Shown: positions 49,471 to 59,807, counted from the first letter of the stretch. The stretch is 64,000 bases of DNA from Desulfomonilia bacterium (GCA_963664325.2 CAXXDQ010000004.1:448001-512000), one strand, 5' to 3'. The notes: generated from the sequence alone by a model not told the origin. A program made the numbers and translations.

Positions 49471-49836
49471 TTATGAAATCTCCTTGTGAGTTTCACAACT
49501 GCTTCCTTTCATTATAACGGAAAATGCTTAAAGAGGAAGATGTTCATTTGAGATATGCATATTCAGGCAGCCTGGGAAAAACGCGTCTTTCGCGGCAAAT
49601 AATTATTTGAATGACCGGGTTATGCGGTAGAAATGCCATATGCAGGTAGAGAAACAAGCAATACAGATATACGACCTTTTTCCAGATGCGGACTGGGAGG
49701 TCCTTGAACCGGCTTCCTGTGATCACGATATTTCTGTAATCAGGGATTACAGCCTTTTTTCCGACGCGCGATATCGAATATGCGGTGCATGCCGAGATAT
49801 ACAAAAATTCCCGGTTTAGTACTGCCGGAATTACGC

Positions 49837-51585
49837 TTAGTTTAACTTCAATAAATGTATCTTAGACTCGTTTTGCATGTCCCATGGGTTATCCGTAACG
49901 CAAATAAGTCCCGTGCTGCCATCAGGCATGATGAAGATACTTTTCGGGCTATATTTTTTTAATTCATCATTTACATATGACTGGTAAAGAATATCGCCGG
50001 TTTTGTCTGTTTTAAAAACATGTGCGCTTTTCAGAAAGTACGGACTTGATGCGAAAACGAGATCTTCATTGGCTGTTTGAGTTATGTATGATTTTCCATG
50101 CAAATTATTTCCGATAATCTTATATGAAGCAACTTGTCCATTATTCGAAACCCATGTTATTTTACCGGTTTCCTCATTAAAATTTGATAAGCTGACATTC
50201 TCAACCCTTTGCCAGCCTGCAAGAATCATATTCCCGTCAGCGCTTTCAAATATCGAGGTAATGTTTTCATCCTTATTGAGAATCCAATTGTTTTCCAGCA
50301 CCAAGGTTCCTTGCAAATCCAGTTTGAAATAGTAATCATTAAAGAAGCTGTCCCAACCGCCGTTATCCAGGCCTTTTCTGGCGCCGCCTGCTGAAACAAG
50401 ACAGCCATCGCCTGACTGTATGATTGAAAAAGGCTCTTCTATATACAGCCTTTCGCTTTCCCATTCCCATTTCTTGTCCCCATTTCTATCAACCTTTATT
50501 ACCGTCAGACTGTAATCATCAGATATACCTAGAATAAAATCGTGATCCCCTGTTTCAATGACTTCCACGTTATTTTCCGCACCATTTTCTACTAAGCCGA
50601 CAGCTCTTTCCCAAACGACACTTCCCTGTTCATCCGTCTTCACAATATATGCCTGTTTACCGCCTTCAGATCCCGGAATCCCTGAGGAATCGGATATCCC
50701 GGCCGCAATGAATCCTCCGTCCGAGGTTTGTTTGATTGAATAGAAATAATCCATTCCCGTTCCGCCGAAAGGCTTCTCCCATAAAAGGCTGCCGTTTGAA
50801 TCAATTCTTGCCGCATAAGCATCATAGCAAAATCCGGAGGGATTATGATTTGCATGCCTGTTGAAATAATAGCAGGGGAGATTTCCTGCTATGACGAATC
50901 CGCCGTCCTTAGCCGGAGCGCATGCGCTGACTTCAACATAACTGCTTGTCCTGAAGGAAACCGCCGGGACGTGAACCAGCCTTGAATATGAATAGTTAAC
51001 CTGTACGCCAGGTTTGTCTGCGTGGCTGCCTTTGGCCCTGACCTCTATTTCATTCATGCCCGTATCATCGATACCGGGAGTGAAGTCATAGGTCTTTCCT
51101 GTGCCGACCAGTGTTCCGTTAATGTACCACTCATAATTGAAATTCCCTGTTGGATAAACCTGTGCCTCTATCCTGCTTGTCTGTCCGGCCTCGAATACAG
51201 ACCTGCTGTCGGTCATGGTTACGCCCCTGACGATTACTTCCCATTTGGCGTAACCAAGAGCATACAAGCCATCTCCCGGTACATAACCCATTGCCCTGCA
51301 TGAAATATTATTGATCCCGACATACTCCTTTGTCGGGATGAAATATGCCGTTGATCTTTTTAGCGGGCTTGAATATCTTTCAAACATACTGTTGATTTTG
51401 TCTGGAATATCCCATTCAATGTCGCAGAACATCCATGGTTCTGTTGCAACGGTCGTCGCTGAAAAGGCAAGCGGTTCCCCGACATTTATAATGATGGTTT
51501 TATCTGAAGACGGGCTGCTTTTAAAGCATCCGCAGAGTACAGTACAAATCAGAAATAGTGCAATAATCACGCTGATCCGCTTCAT
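49837..51585 (-). CDS. hypothetical lipoprotein with Ig-like domain and beta-propeller-type repeats
   Basis: Lipobox LCGC; YEWYING; repeats such as DGGFVIAG, D.NG.LLWEK.FGG, QTSDGGFIAAG. Confidence 0.75.
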   Translation of the reverse strand: MKRISVIIALFLICTVLCGCFKSSPSSDKTIIINVGEPLAFSATTVATEPWMFCDIEWDIPDKINSMFERYSSPLKRSTAYFIPTKEYVGINNISCRAMGYVPGDGLYALGYAKWEVIVRGVTMTDSRSVFEAGQTSRIEAQVYPTGNFNYEWYINGTLVGTGKTYDFTPGIDDTGMNEIEVRAKGSHADKPGVQVNYSYSRLVHVPAVSFRTSSYVEVSACAPAKDGGFVIAGNLPCYYFNRHANHNPSGFCYDAYAARIDSNGSLLWEKPFGGTGMDYFYSIKQTSDGGFIAAGISDSSGIPGSEGGKQAYIVKTDEQGSVVWERAVGLVENGAENNVEVIETGDHDFILGISDDYSLTVIKVDRNGDKKWEWESERLYIEEPFSIIQSGDGCLVSAGGARKGLDNGGWDSFFNDYYFKLDLQGTLVLENNWILNKDENITSIFESADGNMILAGWQRVENVSLSNFNEETGKITWVSNNGQVASYKIIGNNLHGKSYITQTANEDLVFASSPYFLKSAHVFKTDKTGDILYQSYVNDELKKYSPKSIFIMPDGSTGLICVTDNPWDMQNESKIHLLKLN

Positions 51586-52087
51586 GACATTATCCTCCCA
51601 TGAAATCATTATATTTTATTAGCCAGGGAAATTCGTCCGGCTGATTAAATATCCCTCCATCCTGCTAATAATCAAACATGCAACAAGCAAAAAAAGAAAC
51701 ATTAATAATAAAGAAGCCGATATAACATAATACATAATGTTTGAGCTTATTGCTTATGTCAACACAGGTGTTATTAAAAAATTACTTTCCGGTCCTTTCA
51801 GTGTTTCAGCCGTTCGCAATCAGCGAATATGTATCTCTATAATATATGCTGGCGAGGCTGGAATAAATAACCAGCCGATGCGCATGGATTTTTGATATCG
51901 TGTTCTTTTGTAAAGGAAGTTTTTCCAGGTAAGAAATAACGGACCAGACCCTAATCAACTGCGGGTCCGAGACATTCACGATAAAAATCAAGACAAAGGG
52001 CAAACCCTTCCGCGGGTGGATATTCCCCTGTCGAACTTAACCTTATTTCTGCTTCTTTGCGGAAGCTTCATCTGATATGTAAATCTT

Positions 52088-52447
52088 GTGAGCAGGGATG
52101 ATAGGTCTGTTACGGTTTATTCAAGCGGGAGAGGCCGGATCTGCCCGGGCTGCGGTCAGCCTGTCGGCAGTTGCAATTGCAAGAAGCAGGTGGTTTTACC
52201 GAAGAGTGACGGCACGGTGCGGGTATGCCGCTCAACAAAAGGCCGCGGCGGCAAATGCGTGAGCCTTGTCACCGGCTTGCAGATGGAAACGGATGAACTG
52301 AACAAACTTGCCAGGCACCTCAAGCAAAAATGCGGTTCCGGCGGCACTGTAAAAGATTTCGCTATCGAGATTCAGGGCGATCATCGCGAACTTATCGTAA
52401 AAGAGCTTGCCGCACTCGGCCATAAGGCCAGGCTTGCAGGCGGCTGA
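52088..52447 (+). CDS. yciH: SUI1/eIF1-like translation initiation factor
   Basis: KGRGGK.V...GL, LKQKCGSGGTVK, IEIQGDHR. Confidence 0.92.
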   Translation: MSRDDRSVTVYSSGRGRICPGCGQPVGSCNCKKQVVLPKSDGTVRVCRSTKGRGGKCVSLVTGLQMETDELNKLARHLKQKCGSGGTVKDFAIEIQGDHRELIVKELAALGHKARLAGG

Positions 52448-52564
52448 GTGCGGATATCGATAACTGCCGAGTCCTTGCCGGAAAAAAGTTTTGTGTGGAT
52501 TCGGGCAGGGCTAGAAGGTTTTATGATTTACATGAAAGCCGTCCTGTCATAACTTGTCCCAACC

Positions 52565-53029
52565 ATGACGAATAACGATATCCTGCGGCGCATCCGGTAT
52601 GCATTTGACTTTAACGATCAGGTAATGTCTGCGATCTTCGGCCTGGCCGGTTATCAGGCAGGCCGGGAGCAGGTCGTGGGCTGGCTCAAGACAACAGATG
52701 ATAGCGCATATCAGGACCTCACCGACAAAGAGCTCGCGATTTTCCTGAATGGTTTCATCAATTACAGGCGCGGTAAAAAAGAAGGCCCGCAGCCCGAACC
52801 CGAAGAGCGGCTTAACAACAACATCATTTTTAGAAAACTGAAGATCGCCTTGAACCTGCAGGCGGAAGAGATAATCGAGATCATGAACCTTACCGGTATA
52901 TCCATGAGCAAGCATGAACTGAGCGCGTTTTTCCGCAAACCCGACCATAAGCATTACCGGGAGTGTAAAGACCAGATTCTGCGCAACTTCTTGAAAGGCA
53001 TCCAGCTTAAATATCGTGCAGGCAATTGA
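52565..53029 (+). CDS. yehS: DUF1456 (YehS) family protein
   Basis: MTNNDILRRIRY, FLNGFI..RRG, NN.IFRKLKIAL, SKHELSAFFRK.DHKHYREC.DQ.LRNFLKG. Confidence 0.88.
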   Translation: MTNNDILRRIRYAFDFNDQVMSAIFGLAGYQAGREQVVGWLKTTDDSAYQDLTDKELAIFLNGFINYRRGKKEGPQPEPEERLNNNIIFRKLKIALNLQAEEIIEIMNLTGISMSKHELSAFFRKPDHKHYRECKDQILRNFLKGIQLKYRAGN

Positions 53030-53053
53030 TTAGTGTCTTTAAGTAACCGGCAA

Positions 53054-53089
53054 GCTGTTAAACCTGATAAGCCTGATAACGCTGATAAA
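53054..53089. repeat. four degenerate tandem 9-mers
   Basis: GCTGTTAAA CCTGATAAG CCTGATAAC GCTGATAAA. Confidence 0.6.
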
Positions 53090-53110
53090 TAAAATTTCAA
53101 AATAAGTTGT

Positions 53111-56008
53111 TCAAGAGTGAACGTCCCAAGAGTCCCCGCCTTTTTGTGTTCCCTTATATAAAAAATTAGGAAATGGTGAATAAAAACCTTCTCCCACTAC
53201 ATCGATGTTTGTAACAGGCATATTGTGTTCTATCCCCCATCCAAGAATTGTAAGAATTCCGTTAGTCGCACGAGCAGCTTCAACTGCTCTCGATTCTTGG
53301 TTCAACATAATTATAAGTTTCAGTGGTATCCCGTAGATTTTATGGAGACGTATAATAGTTTCCCAGAATCGGCAAAGCTCACGGAAACTTGTCTGATCAA
53401 GCTCAAGAGCAGGATCGTCCATGATGATGCATGGATGATGAAAACGGCCATATGTCAGATACCGGGTGAAAAACCATGCGAGACCTAGCAAATGCATTTC
53501 GGAATGATTAAGAATGTAGCGCGCCAGCCTTCCGTTAACTTGTATGGAAGACGATTTTTCTCCCTTTTTTATCTCAGCTTTGATGCCTGGTTTGTCTGGA
53601 TAAATCCATGGGGCGGACGTCATATAAAAAGCAATTTCATACCAGAGTTTTTCAAGAGTATTGGGTAAATGATCCTGAACGATTGATCCAAGAGTCTTTT
53701 TCAATCTGTCCTTCACTGGCTTCCAATTGTCCGGGGATTCGAAGGTCCTTTCCGCTTCAGTGAATGTATCTATGATTTTCTGAGTAACGAGATCTGCTTC
53801 AGATTCTGCCTGTGCTTTATTGGGAATTGAAGGAATCCGGCATACTCTTTTTATATCATCTAATAATATTTCTCGTTGTTCTTTTATTCCGATCCAGTCT
53901 GCAATCGAGGTATTTGATGGAACAAACCATTGAAATGCTACAGTCAGGCGTGTCTGATCTTCATTATTCAAAGGGCATTGCAATTGTCCCGATAAACTCA
54001 TTTCTTTTTGGATACTTTCAATATCGGATTTGAGTTGAGAATATTCGCCTAATTTTTTATCGCGCTCTGCTTCTGTTTTTGCTTTGAGGGATTGCACGAC
54101 TTTTAATATCCCCCCATGTTCCTCATGTCTTGCCCCACAAGTTGGACAATCGTCAGGATGGCTTTTTGACCAGGTTTCCCGGATAAAGGCATCGACTTGA
54201 GTCAGGTGATCATAGTGCGTGCGTATGTTACGGCCTTCTTCTAAAATCCTTGCTTGTTCCTTTTGTAATGAACTCAATCGTTCGGAAAATGTTTTATTTT
54301 CAGCCTGGGCGGAATTTGCTGGGGCCTGTTTTCTTTTTTCAAGCCATTCACCCCATATTGTTAACTGGGAAATCGAGTTATCGATTTCTTTGCGTACAGG
54401 TTCGATGATTATTTCAGCATTCTTAACGAGTTCTTTTGATCTTAATACCAAGTCATTATAAAGATTTAGATAACTGGTAATGTTATTTATCATGCGATCT
54501 TTATCAGGATACGCATATGCGATTGACTTTGCAATATCGCCCCGGTTTTCATTGTCTCCCCATGTATGCCAAGATGCTGATAAATTGCTTTGTCTGATTT
54601 CGCCTATCGATTTTTCAGCCGTTTCCAGCCATGAAACAAACACATCCGGAAAAACAGGCAGGGATTTGTCGATCTCTTTTTTTACTATCCTTTCATATGC
54701 GGTGTCGATTTTTGTAATTGCAGAACTCAGGTCGTTTTCTTTCAGAAAATCCTGTCGTTTCTTGTTTGCCTGTATCATGCGGCTATCCGTGAATTCTTCA
54801 ACATGCTCAGCCAGGCCTGAATATCCAAGCAGAATACGCGCACCAAGTTCGGATGAAGACATGTTGGTAAATTCAAGGCTTGCAACCTGGGTGAGAATTG
54901 TACCGGACATCTCCAAGTTGGCTTTTGCAGCCGTTTCTGCTTTATCGACCGGACGGATTGCTTCAAGAGGCTGTCCATTCAAAGAAACTTCCGGCGTTGA
55001 ACCGACTTTTAACGGAGACAAGTATTTGATGTATTCCTTGTCTCGATTTACTGCGGAGATATCTTTTTCAAACGTTTTATCCGAGAACATCCTGTAACGA
55101 TATGACGATCCGAACAATGCAAAAGACATGGCTTCGCATATGCTGCTTTTGCCGGTCCCGTTCGGGCCGTGAATGATGCTGACTGCAACCGGTTTGGAAT
55201 TAAAATTGAGATGAATATCACTAATATTCCGGAAACTTTTAATACGTATATCATTGATCCCGTATGTTTTGTTTGGTCTGTTTTCTTCCTTATTCATGAA
55301 TTCTTTTGAAGGGTTGTATTTATGCATGGACTGAATCACTTCTCTGGCGTAATCCTGCTGCTCTGGCTTGGAAAATCCCTTTTCGAAGTTTGTCATGGCT
55401 GTCTTAACCTTGTCATCCGCGCTCATCCATGTCTCAATCTCTTCTATTTTCTTTTTTTTGAGTATGCTGCGTACAGTCAATAAAAGATGCGGAAAATCCA
55501 TTTCCGAAAATCTGGGGGCACTTGAATCGTCAATGAAGGTCACATCAAACGAAAGCTCTTCGGAAAAACCGGTTTCGCTCCGTATTGATACAATTCCATC
55601 AATCCAAGTTTTTTGATCCGGTTCATTGACAAGCCAGTGAAGAATGATTCTCCATGAACCATTTTTGTCGCAATCTCCGGTTGGAGAACCGATATAATTT
55701 CTTTCCGCTGTTAACTGTGATCTGATTCCCAGAGCGCGTTTTATTTGTTTACGGGTTTTAGTTTTTTTATCAAACGAAAGCAGATAATAGAGGATTCCGA
55801 TTTCCGGATCAATTATCAATACTGCCGGATTGACATCCGATCCTTCAGGAACGCTGGTGAGATCTTCTTCGGAGACATCCATCCATTGAGGTGCATTCAT
55901 GCCGGAAGAGTCTGTGCGAATTGCAGCCAATTCAATTTCCAGGTTTTTACGATAGAGTTCGGTTATGGCTTCCTTGCAGGTACGGAGTATATCTTTGTTC
56001 TGAATCAT
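53111..56008 (-). CDS. Rad50/SbcC/SMC-like ABC ATPase with zinc hook and about 245-aa N-terminal extension
   Basis: IRIKSFRNI, Walker A GPNGTGKS, Q-loop ILTQ, coiled coils flanking CPTCG, degenerate signature LNHSE, Walker B/D-loop IIMDDPALELD. Confidence 0.85.
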   Translation of the reverse strand: MIQNKDILRTCKEAITELYRKNLEIELAAIRTDSSGMNAPQWMDVSEEDLTSVPEGSDVNPAVLIIDPEIGILYYLLSFDKKTKTRKQIKRALGIRSQLTAERNYIGSPTGDCDKNGSWRIILHWLVNEPDQKTWIDGIVSIRSETGFSEELSFDVTFIDDSSAPRFSEMDFPHLLLTVRSILKKKKIEEIETWMSADDKVKTAMTNFEKGFSKPEQQDYAREVIQSMHKYNPSKEFMNKEENRPNKTYGINDIRIKSFRNISDIHLNFNSKPVAVSIIHGPNGTGKSSICEAMSFALFGSSYRYRMFSDKTFEKDISAVNRDKEYIKYLSPLKVGSTPEVSLNGQPLEAIRPVDKAETAAKANLEMSGTILTQVASLEFTNMSSSELGARILLGYSGLAEHVEEFTDSRMIQANKKRQDFLKENDLSSAITKIDTAYERIVKKEIDKSLPVFPDVFVSWLETAEKSIGEIRQSNLSASWHTWGDNENRGDIAKSIAYAYPDKDRMINNITSYLNLYNDLVLRSKELVKNAEIIIEPVRKEIDNSISQLTIWGEWLEKRKQAPANSAQAENKTFSERLSSLQKEQARILEEGRNIRTHYDHLTQVDAFIRETWSKSHPDDCPTCGARHEEHGGILKVVQSLKAKTEAERDKKLGEYSQLKSDIESIQKEMSLSGQLQCPLNNEDQTRLTVAFQWFVPSNTSIADWIGIKEQREILLDDIKRVCRIPSIPNKAQAESEADLVTQKIIDTFTEAERTFESPDNWKPVKDRLKKTLGSIVQDHLPNTLEKLWYEIAFYMTSAPWIYPDKPGIKAEIKKGEKSSSIQVNGRLARYILNHSEMHLLGLAWFFTRYLTYGRFHHPCIIMDDPALELDQTSFRELCRFWETIIRLHKIYGIPLKLIIMLNQESRAVEAARATNGILTILGWGIEHNMPVTNIDVVGEGFYSPFPNFLYKGTQKGGDSWDVHS

Positions 56009-57645
56009 AAATCCCCCAACGTTATTTCATTTATATCACTTCCTTTAGCGAAACGCGGTAAAGAAATCTCTCGTGCAACGATTTCCTTGAGTTCATTTTT
56101 TGTGTTATTGTCTATATTACCGGATGAATCCGGAGTAAGGAATAAAACTGATAATTTATCAAATTTCCCTGCACCGGATGTTTTGATGGAGTCAATCAGC
56201 GGCCTCAATCCCTGAAGGTCGTTTGGTTTATCACCCCATGCTGGAACAGGAATGACAAGGTGAGTATTCTGATACAAACCTCCGGGAAATGTTTTATAGT
56301 CCCATTTATCTCCATGGCTTGAATTAATAAGACCAGCTAGAAGTCGCGCTGCTGCTTTCAGCTCAGGACGACTGATGCTGCGAATTGTCCATGGAATATG
56401 TTCATCTCTACTTTCAAGATGAATATCATCAATTGATATGGTTTCACAGCTATCGCCTCTAATGCATTCGACTAGGCCACATCTCCAGCACAAACGAACC
56501 CATACCGGAAGTAAATTGTCTGCCCATTGGATAACGAAAGGCTGATCATCAGGTGGATTTTCAATTCGAGAGCGAATGTCTTGTATTGCCGGTTTGTCAC
56601 TATCATTCGCCCATAAATCTAGGCAATCAACAGCATAAAGAGACTGAAGCCAAAGGAATAAAACGTCTGTATCCAAGTTTGCCTGATTTACATCAATATG
56701 AACGTTGTTTTTTCCCTTGCCATAAAAACCGGCAAGACGTGTATGACCTTCACTGTTGAAAGTTACATCTATTATGCTTAATTCATCATCAGGCAAGGAG
56801 TGTCGATCTGTTAAATTTGGGCAAATATTTGTTTGCATATAATCAAGAAGATATTGTTCCGATACTTTCCATCCGGCAATCACAAACGGATGGCTGCTCA
56901 GTTTTTCACAAAGCGAAGCAAAAATGAATTGTTGAGTTCCTGTATTAAATGTTGTCGTGTCTAAACTATTTAATTCTGTTTCGGTAATGAGAAACCTTTT
57001 TGAAGATGTCAGGGCTTCAGCATAATGCCCGCTTTTTTCATATTCTTCAGCTTTTTCCAAAGCATTTACGCAACCGTGTGGTTTTATTACTTTCACACTA
57101 GCGGTTTCTCCCATGCCGGCACAGTCTTGGGCTGTAATAAATGTGCGAAAGACGGTAGGCCATGGGAGCATTTCATCAGTCCCGTCATGTTTGATCCCTA
57201 CGTTTTCCAAAGCACTTTCCTGGATACAGTCCCAGTTCAAAGACCATATCTGCTCCCACAGGCTTTCACGCGCAAATCTCGCAATAACCCGGTGTCTTGG
57301 CGTATTCCTCGCAGGAGAAACACAGCCATGCCAACAAGTATCGGTAGTGATATTCAACGACTTCGCCAATTCCAATTTAGGATTGCGGCTACCGTTTGTT
57401 GAAAGATGATTATAAACCTCGTCAGCCCACTTATATAGATAATCCCATGGCAATGGCGGTGTGCTTGACAAAGATGCATTAAATCTGAGTACAATTTCCG
57501 CATTCGTGCGTTTTTGCTCTAGAAGGCTTGGTGGGCTCGGAATAAGGCCATATGACATACCCGCACCAATTAATAAAACTGATTTTCGATGTTCGCGATT
57601 TCCAATACCACGTAGCATTGGAAAGTTATGTGGGATAACTGGCAT
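56005..57645 (-). CDS. SIR2-like (SIR2_2) domain protein with unknown C-terminal domain
   Basis: LLIGAGMS, IWSLNWD..QESAL, VIKPHGC, FVIAGW motifs in sirtuin order; ATGA overlap with the ATPase. Confidence 0.8.
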   Translation of the reverse strand: MPVIPHNFPMLRGIGNREHRKSVLLIGAGMSYGLIPSPPSLLEQKRTNAEIVLRFNASLSSTPPLPWDYLYKWADEVYNHLSTNGSRNPKLELAKSLNITTDTCWHGCVSPARNTPRHRVIARFARESLWEQIWSLNWDCIQESALENVGIKHDGTDEMLPWPTVFRTFITAQDCAGMGETASVKVIKPHGCVNALEKAEEYEKSGHYAEALTSSKRFLITETELNSLDTTTFNTGTQQFIFASLCEKLSSHPFVIAGWKVSEQYLLDYMQTNICPNLTDRHSLPDDELSIIDVTFNSEGHTRLAGFYGKGKNNVHIDVNQANLDTDVLFLWLQSLYAVDCLDLWANDSDKPAIQDIRSRIENPPDDQPFVIQWADNLLPVWVRLCWRCGLVECIRGDSCETISIDDIHLESRDEHIPWTIRSISRPELKAAARLLAGLINSSHGDKWDYKTFPGGLYQNTHLVIPVPAWGDKPNDLQGLRPLIDSIKTSGAGKFDKLSVLFLTPDSSGNIDNNTKNELKEIVAREISLPRFAKGSDINEITLGDL

Positions 57646-57888
57646 GATAATTAAACCCCAAAAATATAATATATCAATTTATATATTAAAATGCATAATT
57701 ATAGCAGAATGTCAAAAATTAAATACTTACGATCCTTTGTATGACAGATGATTTAGAAAGATTCATTCTTGAAAAATATTAACCTTGATGTTGATTCGCC
57801 ATATAAACTCAAAATTAAAATAATCATATGAACATAACGATCTGAGTCATGGCAGGCGGAATCATCCACCTGCCGTGCTGTTCTCCGA

Positions 57889-58203
57889 TCATTCCATATA
57901 CGGATCGACGAAGGAGATATCGGCCGACTGGTCGGAGAGGTTCTCTTTGGTAAACGGCTTCATAATGTATTTATCGGCGAATGCTGCTAGGAACCGGTTC
58001 ATGCCGAACCACGTGTCAGCGAGCTGCTCCTTTTTCATATCCAGTATGCTGCGATAATAGTCGAGGGCTTTTTCGCGCTCTCCCATCAGGTCGCATGCCA
58101 TGCCCGCAATGAGGCGGCTGTGGCCGAGTTCGCAGAACGACTGCTTTTTCTTAAGAAACTTTTCGATTTCCGTGTGAGCCAGGGATGCTGATTCTATAAA
58201 AAC
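57889..58203 (-). pseudogene. 5'-truncated gene fragment (TPR-like C-terminus)
   Basis: Frame stays open 34 codons upstream of the first ATG with no start or RBS; GMACDLMGEREKALDYY is TPR-like. Confidence 0.45.
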
Positions 58204-58208
58204 TTATT

Positions 58209-59759
58209 TCAGTCTGTTCCGGTCACTCCGCCGGTCGGGGCTGGCAGGGATACGATGACCGCCGCGTGCGCAGGCACGTTTACGGTCACGCCGCCGGCGT
58301 CGGTTGTTGCCGTGCCATCGGACCAGTTTGGCGCGCCAATGCCGAATGTGTAGGCTTTAAGGGGATCAAGTGCATTGAGGGTCCGCACGGCTGCCTTGGC
58401 GCCGGCATTCGCCCCTGCGCTGCATGTAAGGCGCACCCGCAGGCTGCGGCCGGGCGAGCGGTTGATAAGTATCGTGCGCACTACGCTGTCACTGCCGCAG
58501 GCGAAAGCGCCTAAGAGCGGCATCGCGGTCTGCGCCGGCTTGGCTCCGAAGGCCGGGACGTTGACTGTCGGAGAGGAGACCTGCATTGCCAGGCGGCGGC
58601 CGGTCATGGCTTGGCCGAGGCCGGTAAGCGCATTGCCGCTTGGGCGCATCGTGCCGTCGCTGTACATCGCGCCGAACAGCCAGTTGCCGATCAGCGACCA
58701 GTGCTCGGCGCTGTCCACGTCGTCGCGCGCGGCCAGGGTGCAGATAAGGTCGGTGGTGTAGACCGCAGCGGCCAGTGAGCAGGTAACTCCATCGCTGCGC
58801 GGTATCGGGTTCCATGTGCCGTAAACGGTCATCAGTGCGTTATGCTCGGTCATGGCAAAGGGCGCGTTGATGTCAGCTGCGGTGAGCTGGGCGCGAATCG
58901 CGTCGAGGTCGGCAGCCACGGCCGGTGCTCCGGCGAGGGTGGCGCGCAGCATGTCGGCGTCGGTGGCCTTGACGAAGGTATAGTTGAACGGCAGGTAGGC
59001 GTCGTGCACAGCGACAAAGTCGACCCGCTGGTTGAGACCCGCCAGCACGTCTGCGTTCCAGGTCTGCCGGCCGGCGGGAAGGAGTGCTGCGTCAAGCGGG
59101 CCGAGCAGGGGAAGGCCTACCCGGACACGCGGATCTGCCGCAATCAAGGCCGCGGCGTGGGCGTTATAGGCGGCAGCATACTCTTCAGCTGTCATGTCCC
59201 ATTCAGGATGAAGGCTGTTCTGGTAATAGGGCTCGTTGCCGACCTCCCAGTCGCGGGCAATAAGGCTCCCGCCGGGCGGATTGTTCACGTATGACACCCA
59301 GGCGGCCGAATCTTCCGGCGTGCCGTTCACCACGTTGAGGGTGAACATCGGCGCGGCGCCGGTTTGGGCGCACAGGTCGAGGAACTCGTTGGTGCCGAAA
59401 TAGACCGTCTGCATCGCGCCGGTGAATACATGCATGCATTCGCCGCGGACATCTCCCACGCCCTGGCGCCAGTCATAGGCGTCGGCCTGCCCGCCGCCGG
59501 GATAGCGCAGCACCGTAGGGGCGAGTGTTACAGCTTGAGCCAGGGGAACGGCGGCGAAGCCGGTCGAACCGGGCTGGAGGATGCCGTCACCGGAGTCGGT
59601 CCACTGCATGTTGCTGCCAAGGACTCGGCGGTTCACTTCAGGGGCCGCCTGAACGCCGACTGCGGAATTGTCTATGGTAACTGTAGCATCGGGCGCACAC
59701 CCTGCAATGAACAGGAGTATGAGCATGACGAGGCCAAGTTTAAAATGAGTATACATCAT
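58209..59759 (-). CDS. clan GH-A glycoside hydrolase lipoprotein (GH51 alpha-L-arabinofuranosidase-like)
   Basis: Lipobox IAGC; LRYPGG..AD.YDW, FGTNEF, WEVGNEP (acid/base), TEHN (nucleophile); visibly more GC-rich than its neighbours. Confidence 0.8.
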   Translation of the reverse strand: MMYTHFKLGLVMLILLFIAGCAPDATVTIDNSAVGVQAAPEVNRRVLGSNMQWTDSGDGILQPGSTGFAAVPLAQAVTLAPTVLRYPGGGQADAYDWRQGVGDVRGECMHVFTGAMQTVYFGTNEFLDLCAQTGAAPMFTLNVVNGTPEDSAAWVSYVNNPPGGSLIARDWEVGNEPYYQNSLHPEWDMTAEEYAAAYNAHAAALIAADPRVRVGLPLLGPLDAALLPAGRQTWNADVLAGLNQRVDFVAVHDAYLPFNYTFVKATDADMLRATLAGAPAVAADLDAIRAQLTAADINAPFAMTEHNALMTVYGTWNPIPRSDGVTCSLAAAVYTTDLICTLAARDDVDSAEHWSLIGNWLFGAMYSDGTMRPSGNALTGLGQAMTGRRLAMQVSSPTVNVPAFGAKPAQTAMPLLGAFACGSDSVVRTILINRSPGRSLRVRLTCSAGANAGAKAAVRTLNALDPLKAYTFGIGAPNWSDGTATTDAGGVTVNVPAHAAVIVSLPAPTGGVTGTD

Positions 59760-59807
59760 AAAAACATTATAACGAAATAAACGGCAAGGGCAACAGCCGG
59801 GAAGCCC

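Noticed and set aside
51720-51747. dif-like site (minus strand TTATGTTATAT resembles a XerD arm)
   Set aside because: No XerC arm at 6-bp spacing; AT-rich promoter context explains the match
51995-52030. c-di-GMP-I riboswitch-like start AAAGGGCAAACC...GCG.GTGG
   Set aside because: The downstream GACGCAAAG/GACGGAAAG junction and second stem are absent
53111-56008. Housekeeping SbcC/RecN/SMC or Wadjet JetC
   Set aside because: No sbcD, scpAB or jetABD neighbours; extra N-terminal domain, degenerate signature, atypical base composition and coupling to a SIR2 gene
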